From positions 1,056,001-1,120,000 of the forward strand of contig CM000153.2 in assembly GCA_000004695.1 (NCBI GenBank): a stretch of DNA of 64,000 bases. Reading direction: 5' to 3'. A model generated the notes under the pieces. It was given only the letters and a program-made list of their open reading frames with translations. It was not told the DNA's origin and made no database searches. Below, one piece after another: positions 11,639-28,413 of this stretch (the first letter of the stretch is position 1; the number at the start of each line of letters is the position of its first letter). The translations under genes were made by a program, and so were the position numbers. Origin of the DNA: Dictyostelium discoideum (taxonomy: Eukaryota).

Positions 11639-14600
11639 TCAATAAATAATAAAGCGAACAATGAAGCATTTTTTGATAAAGATTCATTTAAAATAAAACT
11701 ACAGGTTATTAATCCAGAATCATATTCAGAGGAGGAAATTCAAGATATTAATTTAAATTCAGTTACATCTGAAGTTTATATGAATCCAACAACGTTAGGT
11801 GATAAATTACAGCAGCATCAACAACAGCAACATCAAAAACAACAACAAAAACAAAAAAATAAAAATACCACCACCTCCAATAATAATAATAAAAATAAAA
11901 ATAATAATAAAAATCATCATGATCATGCTGGTAGTAAAGATCAAATTAATTCATTAGAGGATGAAAAGAGGTATACACAAAGATATAGATATTTAAAGAG
12001 TAATGAAGAGATATTAAATAAACCAGTTTTTAAAGAGATTGAAGAGAGTCCAATGGCTCCATATAATAAGCCGTCTGGGTATATCATTTACCAAGAGAAA
12101 TCAAGTGAAATGTTACATGATGAGGTTGAATATGATATGGATAGTGAGGATGAAAAATGGTTAGAAGAATTTAATAAAACTACCAATAATAATTATTCTG
12201 AAGATATTTTTGAATATGTTATTGATCGTTTAGAGAAAGAAACTTTTAAATATGTATGTAAACACTTAAATATATATATATATTATATTATTAGGTTTGT
12301 TTATTTTATACTAATATCATTCATTCATTTATTTGTTTATGTAGAAACAAGAGATTGGAAGTGATATGTTTCCACATTTTAGTTCAGTTGAAGCAGATGA
12401 TGTTTGTGGTGTTTGTTTTGATGGTACATCTGATGATACAAATCAAATTGTATATTGTGATGGTTGTGATATAGCAGTGCACCAAGATTGTTATGGTATA
12501 CTATTGATCCCCGAAGGTCATTGGTTTTGTCAAAAATGTGAATCACCAGATAAAGATTCAATTTCATGTGTTTTATGTTTTAAAAAGAATGGTTCTTTCA
12601 AACAAACTATCGATGGTGAATGGGTTCATTTGGTTTGTGCCTATAATATACCAGAACTATCTCAAATTATAAGTAAGTTAAAAAAAAAAAAATAATAAAC
12701 AAAAAAATATTATAATTATCATTATTACGAAATACTAATTATTAATATTATTTTCTATACAAAAAAGAAAAAGGTAGTGGTAGAGAAAAACTTGGTCCCC
12801 CAGGACTACTTAGTAATATTTTAAAGAAAAGAAAGAAATTAAAATGTATTATATGTAAAAAAATAGGTGGTGCTTGCATTCAGTGTCGTGAAAGACATTG
12901 TTCTGTGGCATTTCACCCTTATTGTATAAAAATGAATCAAAAATCAATGATTGATGAAAACTTAAATCCTCATATAATATTTTGTAAAAAACATGTAAGT
13001 ATATATATGATGGTATTACTTTTAATAAAAAAAATAATTAATTTTTTTTTATTTATTTTAGTTTTTAAGAAATAATAATATAAATGGAAATGTTAAAGAT
13101 ATTTTAGATGATGATGGTAGTAGTAGTGATGGTAGTGAAAAAGAAAATAGTAGTGACGATGATGATTATACAGATAGTAGTGATGAACATGATATATCTG
13201 GTGATGATGATAATGATGATGATGATAATGATGACGATAGTTTCGAGGTAATTAAAACGCCCTCTAAAAAATCTCATATTTCAAATAAATCTTCAAAATC
13301 TACACCATCTAAATCTAATACGAATTTAAAATCAAAACCACAACCACCAAAACCAAAGTTAAAATCAAAATCAAAATCTACACCATCTAAAAAAAAGGCA
13401 AATCATAAAAAGAAAAAAAAAAAAATTGATTCAACTGATGAAGATGAAGATAGCAATAATGAAAAAGAGGATGAGAATGAAGAAGATGAAGATGAAGAAG
13501 ATAGCGAAGAAGAAGAAGAAGAGGAAGAGGAAGAGAAAGAAGAAAAAGAAAAAATAAATAATAAAAATAAAAAGAGAAATAATAAAAATAATAAAAATAA
13601 TAATATTATTATTGATGGTAGAAAAAAGAAGAAATTAAAAACAACAGATAGTAATAATAATAAAGTGGCTACTGTCACAGCAAAAGATACAACAACTACA
13701 ACAACTACAACTACAACAACAACAACTACTACATCAACAACTACTACAGGTATTACAGCAAAGAAAGTAGGTTTAATATCATCATCAAGAGCAGCAAAAG
13801 TAATTAGAAAAGTTCCAAGTACATTTGTTCATGCAGTTTATGATTATTGGGTAAAGAAAAGGATATCAAGAAGTGGTTTAGCATTAATTAAAAGATTCCA
13901 ACCATCGATTCTATTTAGTTTGAGATCAACATTACATGCAAAAGATCCAGGTATTAATTCAGTTTCAGATTATAATAAAATGTTATCAATTCGTGAAGAT
14001 TTGGAAAGAACTAGAACCATCTTGGAGTTGGTAAAGAAAAGAGAGAAACAAAAGAGAGAACTAATTATAAATATACGTAATGAAATCGAGTCTACAATAC
14101 TTAATGATTATTACTTTCTTAGAATGGTTTTAAAGAGTTTGGAATCCATTGAACAATTAAGACCTTTCTATGTACCAGTTTTGGAAGAAGAAGCACCTTC
14201 TTACTTTTTAATCATTAAACAACCAATGTCATTTCAACAAATTAAACAATCTCTAAACACTTATGCCTACGAGAATACTGATGACTTTTGGAAAGATATA
14301 ACTTTGATCTATACAAACGCTCAATTATTTAATTGTTCAAAAACTTCAGTTTATAAAGCCTCTCGTTTACTTCAAGAGATTGCTAATAAACTAGAATCTG
14401 ATTGTCCTCCAAAAGTAACCCCTGAAGAATTGGATGACTTTATAAAGAATATTAAATATCCTTCAAAGAAACTTTTAACAACTAATCACAAAAAATTTTC
14501 AACACCATTAAAATCAGTATCATCATCAGTATCATCATCATCATCATCATCAAATACAACAAATACACAGTCAACACCAATAAAAACTACTCCAACTGAA

Positions 14601-16160
14601 ACACCAAAACCAACAAGTAGAACAAGATCAATGGTAGCTCAAGAACAAGAACAAGAACAAGGAAAAGGAAAGGAAAAAGAACAAGAAAAAGAAAAAGAAC
14701 AAGGAAAAGGAAAAGGAAAGGAAAAGGAAAAAGAAAAAGAAAAAGAAAAAGAAAAAGAAAAAGAAAAAGAAAAAGAAAAGGAAAAAGAAAAGGAAAAAGA
14801 AAAGGAAAAAGAAAAGGAAAAAGAAAAGGAAAATGAAGAACAAGTAATACCAAAGAAACGAAGAGGTTGTCCATCACAACCTGCACCTCGAACAAGACAA
14901 TCAGATTCAAAATTGGCTTCAATCGAACCAACAGAAGATCAACGACTCTCAAAAACACCTCCAACCTCAAAAGCCACATCATCAAAAACTACTCAACCTA
15001 TAACACCAAAAACTCCACAACCTACAACACCAAAAACTCCACAACCTGCAACACCAAAAACTCCACAACCTCCAAGAACTACACCAACATCGTCTTCAAA
15101 AACTCCTAATATTACCTCTCCAATGTCAGCATCTAAAATAATTACAAGATCTTCCACACCATCAAAAACTACCCTCCAAAAAAAAGAAATCCCACCACAA
15201 AAGAAAATTACTGCAAAACAAACTCCTCAAAGAATAATCAAACCAACTCTAAAATCTCAACAAGTAATACCAGCAACAACCTCAACAATATCAAGAACAA
15301 GAAGAAATTTACAAAAACAACTTGAAGAAACATTGGAGAATGACCAAGATCAAAAGGAATTGGTTGAGGAAAATGAAAATGAAAATGAAAATGAAAATGA
15401 AAATGAAAATGAAAATGAAAATGAAAATGAAAATGAAAATGAAAATGAAAATGAAAATGAAGAGGAAGAGATTGAAGAACAGGAAATGAAACAAAAAGAG
15501 GAGAAAGAAGAAGAGGAAGAAGATGATGAAGGAGAAGAACAAAAAGGAATTATTCAAAAAGGTGATGAAATAGATACAGATGTTGAAGATTATGGAGTAA
15601 AGAGAAAAAAGAAATCATTATCACCATTGAAACTAACCATTCCAAATACAAATCAGCTAATGTTATTGGATACAATGAATACCCAGACTGAAAAAAAAAG
15701 TAGAAGTAAATCTATCCTCGATCAAACTACTAAAGATCTTTTCGTTGTTCCTCAAATCATTAAAAGGGTTGCAATTATGTCACAACTCAAGCATATACCT
15801 TTAGAAATAAATTTCTCAAAAGAAATCACTGATGATCTTAGAGAATTACTCTCAATAACTCAAGAAATTCAGTCGATTGAAAAAGGTGGTTTCCTTTCTC
15901 ATGCCAATAGAGCCGTCTCTAGCAAAGAAGGTTTAAAATTCATTGAACATATTGATCTACGTATTTTCAGAGGTACCTATGATCATGACAAAAAATTATT
16001 TTGGTACCATCTTGAAAAAATCGCTCAACGTATCCCCCCTCAATTTTCAAAATCAAAAAAACTAACATTGGAAAAAATTTCTGAACTAAAAGAAAAATAT
16101 GAACAAAACCATCCAGAAATTCTTGATGAAGAAAATAATGAAGAAGAAAACGATGAATAA
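10871..16160 (+). CDS. BRPF/JADE-like chromatin reader: Enhancer-of-polycomb N-terminal-like region, PHD-Zn knuckle-PHD (PZP) and bromodomain; exons approx 10871-12253, 12345-12672, 12774-12994, 13062-16160
   Basis: EPC-N-like segment: EEILNKPVFKEIEESPMAPYNKPSGYIIYQEKSSEMLHDEVEYDMDSEDEKWLEEFN. PHD1: CGVCFDGTSDDTNQIVYCDGCDIAVHQDCYGILLIPEGHWFCQKCE. Zn knuckle: CVLCFKKNGSFKQTIDGEWVHLVCA. PHD2 in exon 3: KCIICKKIGGACIQCRERHCSVAFHPYCIKMN...IIFCKKH. Bromodomain: NDYYFLRMVLKSLESIEQLRPFYVPVLEEEAPSYFLIIKQPMSFQQIKQSLNTYAYENTDDFWKDITLIYTNAQLFNCSKTSVYKAS. Introns are GTATGT...TTATGTAG, GTAAGT...AAAAAG and GTAAGT...TTTTAG. There are long acidic/Ser tracts plus coding (EK)n and (NE)n repeats. Confidence 0.75.
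14640..14830 (+). repeat. Coding hexanucleotide repeat (GAAAAA/GGAAAA)n giving (EK)n/(GK)n in the BRPF-like gene; a second (GAAAAT)n giving (NE)n at about 15369-15470
   Basis: Direct read. It creates spurious antisense ORFs 14587-14985(-) and 15309-15557(-). Confidence 0.9.
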
Positions 16161-16222
16161 TTTTTAAAAAATAAAATGATTTTGTAAAGGAAAATAAGAA
16201 AGAAAGAAAGAAAGAGAGAAAG

Positions 16223-16259
<37 letters not shown>

Positions 16260-16482
16260 TTAATTTATTTTTATTTTTATTTATTAGCTTTTTATTTTTA
16301 TTTATTTATTTTTTGCCAAAATTTTGATCATTTTCGTTTATTTTTTTTTTTATTTTTTTTATTTTTTTTTTTTTTGAATTTTTTTGTTTTTTCATATTTT
16401 TTTTTTTTTTTTTTTATTTTATTTAAATTTTTTTTTCAGACGCTGTAGTACCGTTTAATTTTAACAGATATTACATAAAAAG

Positions 16483-17637
<1,155 letters not shown>

Positions 17638-18073
17638 ACAACAGTAATAATATTTAAAAAAAAAAAAAAAAAACATTAAAAAAAAACATTAAAAAAAAAA
17701 AATATCGTATTATAATAAATATATAAAAGTATAATTAAAAGAATGGTTTTATTTTTGGATTATTTTTTTTTTTTTTTCAGAAAATAGGTTTGACAATTAG
17801 GAAATCAAAAAATATTAAAATCCACAAAACTTTGGGAAAAATTAAAAAAAAAAAAAAAGGAAAACAAAAAAGGTGAAATCATTTTCTTTTTTTTCTAATC
17901 AAATAAATAAAGGAATTTTTTTATTTTATTTTATTTTTTTATTTATTGGTTCATCGATTTACAGGTTAGTTTATATTTACAAATAAAATAAGTTGGATTT
18001 TTTTGTTTTGTTTTTGATTTTGTTTTTGATTTTGTTTTAGTTTTTGTTTTTGTTTTTTTTGTTTTGTTTTTTT

Positions 18074-20134
<2,061 letters not shown>

Positions 20135-20561
20135 AAAAAAAAATTTATTATATATGTATATATTTTATATATATTTTTTTTGTTTTTGTGTTTTTTTTAT
20201 TTTTAAAATTATTTTTTCTTAAAATTTTAATAATGTTTTATTATTATTAAATTTGAAATTTTATATAATGCGGATGTCAAAATACTAATTTTATGTAATA
20301 TATAAAATTATGTTTTTAAATTTACTTATTTATTTATTATATTTTATAAAAGGTGTGGTGTTATTTGTTTTTTTTTTTTTATATTTTTTATTTTTTTTAT
20401 TTTTATTATTATTTTGTTGTTTTATTTTTTATTTTTTTTTTTATTATCTTAAATGTTATTGAAAGTTTTTTATATTTTATTACTATTATTACTAATTTAT
20501 GTTTGTATTTGTTATTTCTTCCTTCGTTATAATTAATGAATTTTTTTGAATCATTTAAATT

Positions 20562-20637
<76 letters not shown>

Positions 20638-20663
20638 AATATATTGGTTAATAAATAGGTTAA

Positions 20664-20696
<33 letters not shown>

Positions 20697-20801
20697 TATA
20701 GTAAAAAAAGAAAATTTAAAAGAAAAAGTAGTATTTGATTTTTTTTATTTGTTTAAATTTAATTATATATAACCTTGGTAGGGTGTTAAAAAAAAATAAT
20801 G

Positions 20802-20834
<33 letters not shown>

Positions 20835-21148
20835 AGTAAAAAAAAATTTCAAAAAAAAAAAAAATAAAAAATAAAAAAAAAAAAAATTAAATTTAAATTA
20901 ATTAAAAAATATTCAAAAATAGCCATGGAATACAATGCTAAAAAATTAGCTTTGCTCTGGTGATTAAATATCATTATTTTTGTAAAATTTTATTCTATGG
21001 TTCTATCTTTTTTTATGATTTAATAAATTATATTTTTTTATTTTTGATTATTATTATTTTTATTATTATTATTTTTATTGTTATTATTTTTTTATTTTTT
21101 TATTTTTTATTTTTTTTATTATTTTTGGTGTGTCTGATTCCAACCCAG

Positions 21149-21189
<41 letters not shown>

Positions 21190-21319
21190 TTTTTTTTTTT
21201 TTTTTTATCTTTGCAGCATAAAAAAATAAAACAAAAAATCTTTTTTTGTTTTTAAAATAAAAGGATATTTACTTGAATTGAAATTTAAAATACAATGATT
21301 TGAAATAAATGAAAATAAA

Positions 21320-21352
<33 letters not shown>

Positions 21353-21531
21353 AATAAAACTACAAACAAAACTAAAACTAAAAAAAAAAAACTAAAAAAA
21401 AAAAAAAAAAAATAAAAAAAATTATTTATAGAAATTGTCCAACCGAATCACCGAAATTTTACATATTTATTTTTTATTTTTTATTTTTATATTTTTTATT
21501 TTTTATTTTAATTTTTAATATTTGAAAAGCT

Positions 21532-22425
<894 letters not shown>

Positions 22426-22745
22426 TTATTTTACTATATATATATATATGTTGTATGTATGTGTGTGTGTGTATTTATTTATTTATAGTTTTATATTATA
22501 TTATATGTTTTCTTTTAAAATTCGTATGTATTTATGTATTTATGGTTTGTGAATGTATGATATTAAAAAAAAAGGTATTAAATCTTGATGGAGGGAAAAA
22601 AAAAAAAATTGATGGATAATTCAAAGAATTCCTTTGAAGTTGAGCCGATTTTTGATTTTTGATCTTTGAAATTTAATTGATGGATATTATTGTCGTTTCC
22701 TGATCAAATTTTTTAATGTAAAGAATGCATAAATGAAAAACGAGA

Positions 22746-22787
<42 letters not shown>

Positions 22788-23547
22788 TTAAAAAAAAAAT
22801 GTCGTTTTTGATGTGTTCATAATAAAATAAAAAAAAAATAAAGGTAAAAAAAAAAAATAAAAAAATTATCGAATGTTATTTATATAAATAACTTAGATTT
22901 GTTTTTTATTTTTATTTTTTATTAAATTTTATTTATTTTTATTTTATTTTATTTTATTTTATTTTATTTTTTATTAAAAAGTTTAAAAAGGAGATTTCTT
23001 TTAAAATCATAATGATATTTTAATATTGTTTTTTTTGGAAATTTAACAAAAAATATATTAAAAAATATATTAAATAGTCAATTTAAATGTTGAAGAATTT
23101 GTAATCATATTTTAAATATTAATCCCTCGACAATAAAATATACAACTGAAATTTCAGAAGGAAAAAAAAAGAGGAATAAAAAAGGAAAAACAAATAAATA
23201 AAAAAAGAATTTTTTTTTAATATTTTGAATTAAAAATATTAAAAAAAAAATTAAAAAAAAAAAAAAATTATTAATTACAAGAATTGATTTGTTTCTCAAA
23301 ATATCTTTTTTAAAAAAAACAAAAAAAAAAAATAATTGGCGCCCAAAAATTATAAATGTTCACCCATTTTTTATTTTTTCCTTTTTTTTTTTTTAATTTT
23401 TAGTTTTTTTTTTTTTTATATTTTTTTTTTTTTCCTCAATTAAATTATTTGTGTGTTTTTGTTTGTTTGTTTTGTTTTGTTTTGTTTTGTTTGTTTTGTA
23501 TTTATTCCTGTAATTAATTATTTTTATTTTATTTTATTTTTTTTAAA

Positions 23548-23960
23548 GATGGTTTTTGAAAATGGGTAAGATTTTTAATTAAAAAAAAAAAAAAAGTGTA
23601 AAAAAAAAAAAAAAATATATTAATATTTAAATAATAATTTCTAGAAATTCAGGTAATGTTAAAAAGACAATCACCTCACCAAATAAATCAATAAATGGCC
23701 AAAATCATTTTAATAAAGTGATTAAATCAACAACATCACCAATTAAAAGTACAATACCAACATTATCAAAAACTCAATCATCAACTTATTTCAAAGATTT
23801 AGATTCATTAAATAAAAAGAATGAAAATTCCTCATCCTCTGAAGTTAAATCATTGGCATCATTTTATGAAAAATTAGCAAATAGTTCAAAACCAAGTACA
23901 CCATCCATCAAAAAGAAATCACCAATTAAATTATCATCATCATCACAAAAATCAACAACA

Positions 23961-23994
<34 letters not shown>

Positions 23995-25769
23995 GTCAAC
24001 CAATTTCAACAGCTAAAAGATTATCAATTCAAAAACAACAACAAAAAAAAGATCAAGAAGAAAAAGAATTCCAAAAGAGACAACAAGAAAAAGAAAAAGA
24101 AAAAGAAGAAAAGGAAAAAGAAATTTTAAAACAAAAGGAGGAATTATTATCATCATTATCATCACCAAAAATAAATGGAACACCAATTAAATCATTACAA
24201 ACATCATTACCAAGAACACCAAATAAGGACTCACCATTAAAACTACAAGATCTTCATCAATCATCATCATCATCATCACCATCACCACTATTATATACAT
24301 CAACTGCAATTGCATCTCCAAAGAAATCTGCTACAACACCAACACCAACACCAACAACTCCAATGCAAGAATTGATGACATCAAAGCTTAGAGATACAAT
24401 TGATACTTATAGATCAAAGATTTCAGGATTAGAAGAGAAATTAGAATTATCAAACTTTGAAAATAATACATTGAAACAAGAGATTCAAGTCTTAAAAGGT
24501 AGATATGCTGTTGATACTTGTGCATTACTTGATATTATTAATGAACATGAAGTCACAATTGATTCTTTAAAAAAACAACTACAACAAAAAGAAACTGTTG
24601 TTCAACAAGAAGAACAAGATAGTATAATTCAAGAAAGGGATCCAATTGAGGAAACAGAAGATAGTGAAAAAGAACAATCAAAAAAATTAAATACTTCTTT
24701 TGAAAAACAAAAACAACAACAACAACAACAACAAAAACAACAACAACAATCATCAGATGATTCAAGTTCTGGAGAAGATGAAGAGGAGGATTCAGGTTCA
24801 GATTCATCAGAATATGATGAAGATGAAAAAATGATGTTAATTGAGAGATTGGAAGAAAAGGTACATGAACTTGAAAATGAAAAAGAAGATCTTCAACAAG
24901 AGATGTATGAATCTGAAGAATATTGTCAAAATTTACGTGAAAATAATAATCAAAAGTTAGAGACCATTGAAAAGTATAAATCAGAATTAAATGAATGCCA
25001 ATCATTGGTTTTATACTACAAGGAACAATTAACTCAAAAATCATTAGATTGTACAATCTATATGAATAAATTGACAGAAAAGAATGAAGAAATCCTTAAA
25101 CATAAGCAAAGAATTCAAAATTTCATTGATATGATGGAATTACAAAAACAATTAAATAATACTGCAAGTGTAATTTATTCAATGGATAATAATAATAATA
25201 ATAATAGTGGTAGTGGTAGTAATCCATCTTCACCATCATCATCATCATCTTTTAATATGTCACATTTTGCTCAACTTTCTCCATTAAGTAGATCAATGTC
25301 AGCAAATTCAAATGTAAATCAAACATTATCAACTACCTCATTATCATCTTCCACAACAACATCAGCATCAACATCAGCATCAACATCAGGAACATCTGCA
25401 ATAGTTGGAAAGAAACCAATACCACGTGGTTTATCAACAACACCAATTAAATCATTATCATCATCATCATTGTTATCATTGGCAGCAAATAATAATGCAA
25501 AGTCAAATGGTAACTCTGGTATTGTAACACCAAATAAATTATCATCATCAACAGTTGCTAAAAGACAATCATCTATTAATACACCAAATAATTCAAATGC
25601 CTTTAAATCACCAGCAATTAAAACACCAACATCAAGATTATCATCAAGACCTTCAAACACTGGTAACAATAATAATAATAGTTCAGTTTATCAAGTTCAA
25701 GCAGTTGGTAAATCTAAAACTCCAAGAAAAGTCATTCAATCACCAGCAACATTTAGTGATTACATTTAA
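23548..25769 (+). CDS. Ser/Thr-rich coiled-coil protein of unknown function; tiny first exon 23548-23564 (MVFEN-G) then 23645-25769
   Basis: An ATG in A-rich context is followed by a GTAAGA...TTTCTAG intron. The long open frame holds a coiled-coil region (LEEKLELSNFENNTLKQEIQVLKGRYAVDT...LKKQLQQKETVVQQEEQD...), an acidic stretch and a C-terminal Ser/Thr/Pro-rich region. No recognisable enzymatic domain. Confidence 0.5.
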
Positions 25770-25882
25770 ATATTTAAATTACTAAATAAAATAATAAAAA
25801 AATAAAAAAATAAAATAATAAAATAATAAAAGAGTGTATACTTTTTTTTTTTTAATAGTTTCATACAATATTAATTTTATTT

Positions 25883-27350
25883 TCAATCATCATTATTATT
25901 ATTATTATTACTATTATTATTATTTGATTGTTCAATAGCAGCAGTTGTAAATTTAATAATATTATTTGATAATGTAATTTCATCAGTTTCACCTAAACGT
26001 TGACCAGTTATACCTTCAGCATATAAATAATATTTATCAAGATCAGGATGTAACATACCTGCAAATTCTCTAACTTGAGTTCCTTGTGGTACTAACATAC
26101 AATCCCTAAGTATGCTACCACCAGATTTATCACATGATAAACTTTTTAAATTTTTAACAGGATAAACTGGTATGAATTTCTTTAATTCTACAGCTTCTTT
26201 TATTGCAGTTTGAATACCAGTTGAACCATATCTAAATAATACTAAATCTCTGAGTTTCTCTAATCTACCTTTTAATTTATCATCAGATTGTTTTAATTTT
26301 GTATTGATTTTCTCATTGTCACTACAATCATCATAGGTTTTAAAATTGTCGTCACCTTCTTTATATTCTATAAATCCTTGAGATTTCATTTTACGTAAGA
26401 AACATTCAGCTAATGCACTGGTTGGTATCATTGAATAGTCTGGATATTTTGAACAAATTCTTGAGATATTTAAATCTGATGTTGATTGATCAACTTTATT
26501 CAATGCTAAAACTGTTGGAAATCTAACATCTAAAAATGAATTTACAAATTTATGAACATCATCATCTGTCCACACTGATAAATTAATTGGTTCCCTTAAA
26601 TCTATATTCTCTAATGATTGTCTAACTACTGATATTCTTGTACCATATCCTGATAATTTCTTTTGTAATATTAAATCTGCTGGACTTTCTATTTATTTAT
26701 TTTTAAAAATTAATTAATTAAATTGAATTTATTTTATAAAAAAAAGGGGGGAGGGTCCATGCATAAAATTACTTTTCACCCCTCCCACTTTTTTTTTGAT
26801 ATTTAAATTTTTATATCCTTTTTGGCCAACTTTATTATTTTTTTTACTTACTTGTTGAAGCTTGTTTTCTAATTATATTACCCCATCTTTTCCAAAGATT
26901 ATTAAAAATCCAAGAATGAATTTCTTCTTTTAACCATTGAATATCATTTATTGGATCATAACCAGTGGTTTCTTCACCTTTTTCATTTGTATTACCAGAT
27001 ACATCAACGACATGAAGGAGTACATGAGCATGACGAAGATCATCGAGGAATTGATTTCCTAATCCTTTACCTTCTGATGCACCTGGTACTAATCCTGCAA
27101 CATCTAACATTTTCACTGGTATATTTCTATTACCATCTTTACATGATCCATATCTTGGTGAACATAATGAACTTTTATCATATTTTTTACATGGACATTC
27201 TGTTAAATAATATGCAACTCCTATATTTGGTTCAATCGTTGTGAATGGATAATTACCAACTTTTGCTGTAGAATCTGTTGCTGCATTTAAAAAACTACTC
27301 TTACCTGCTGATGGTTTACCAATACAACCAATAATTAATTCATGTGACAT
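25883..27350 (-). CDS. Obg/YchF-family P-loop GTPase with a Cys-rich insert and C-terminal TGS (beta-grasp) domain (archaeo-eukaryotic Ygr210-like subgroup); exons 27350-26853 and 26686-25883
   Basis: MSHELIIGCIGKPSAGKSSFLNAATDSTAKVGNYPFTTIEPNIGVAYY (G1 P-loop plus the NYPFTTIEPN switch). CPCKKYDKSSLCSPRYGSC is a Cys-rich insert. MLDVAGLVPGASEGKGLGNQFLDDL matches the YchF G3 region. After a GTAAGT...AAATAG intron (1-nt phase) comes ...LALNKVD (G4) and the TGS-like C-terminus ...MLVPQGTQVREFAGMLHPDLDKYYLYAEGITGQRLGETDEI. Confidence 0.7.
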
Positions 27351-27481
27351 ATTTCTTTTTTTTTTAATCTGAAAATGTTTTTGTGATCGTTTTTAAAAAT
27401 AAATTTTAAAAATAAATTTTTTTTTTTTTTTTTTTTTTTTCCATTTTTTTTTTTTTCTTTTTCTCAACACATTACCAAATC

Positions 27482-27520
<39 letters not shown>

Positions 27521-27585
27521 CTCAACACATTACCAAATCAAACACATTCGCAATTGCTTTTTTTTTTTTTTTTTTTTTAAAAAAA
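27351..27585. promoter_or_regulatory. Bidirectional promoter region between the divergent GTPase gene (-) and the 1218-aa ORF (+); it contains a ~24-bp direct repeat
   Basis: Two start codons lie 235 bp apart on opposite strands. ttctcaacacattaccaaatcaaa occurs twice (around 27463-27485 and 27519-27545), separated by ~35 T. Long oligo(dT)/(dA) tracts are typical of Dictyostelium promoters. Confidence 0.45.
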
Positions 27586-28380
27586 ATGAATAATAAAGAA
27601 TTAAAAAATTTTAATAATGAAAATCAAAATATTTTTTGGAAAGTAATACATAATAAAGTTTTATTTAATTTAATATTTTATTTTATAGAAAATGATGAAA
27701 CAATAAATCAAAATCATTTATTTTATCAACATTTTATTACAAATAATCTTGATTATTCAGATTTAAGAATTAAATTTAAAAATTTAAAAAATTTAAATTG
27801 GTTTGTTGAAAAAAATGAATATTCATTATTATTAGATAAATTAAAACATAATCAATATATAAATGTAACAACAGAATCATTAAAATTATTCCTTTCAAAA
27901 TGTGAAGATATTAAAATCATTGATTTAGTTTATAAATATTTAAATGATAAAAATTTATTACCATTTCAAAATTTAGCAGAAGAATCAATTTTAAGTGGTA
28001 ATAAAATTTCATTTGAATATTTTTATAATTATAATGATAATAATAATAATAATAATGATAATAATAAATTTATATCAATAATAAATCCAACAACTATTTT
28101 ATATTTATATGAAATTTGTTCAGATATTGAAATTATTAAATGTTTAATTAATAATTTAAAAAAAAGAAATCAATTTAAATTAATTTATAATGATTTTGTA
28201 AGAAAGAAAGCAATCTCTTACTCTTATTTAAATAAAAATTTACAAAAGAATATCCTTTTTCAATTCATTTTATCAAATGAAGAATTTTATTTTATTCCAC
28301 CTCAATTAATTCAACCATCAAATATAATTCAATCAAATACACCAATTATTTTACCTTCAAATTTAACAATTCCTCAATTA

Positions 28381-28413
<33 letters not shown>

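Noticed and set aside
14587-15557. Antisense ORFs 14587-14985(-), 14628-14843(-), 15309-15557(-) and sense ORF 14867-15109(+)
   Set aside because: They are mirror images or alternative frames of the in-frame (EK)n/(NE)n coding repeats of the BRPF-like gene. Their products are poly-LF/FI low-complexity artefacts.
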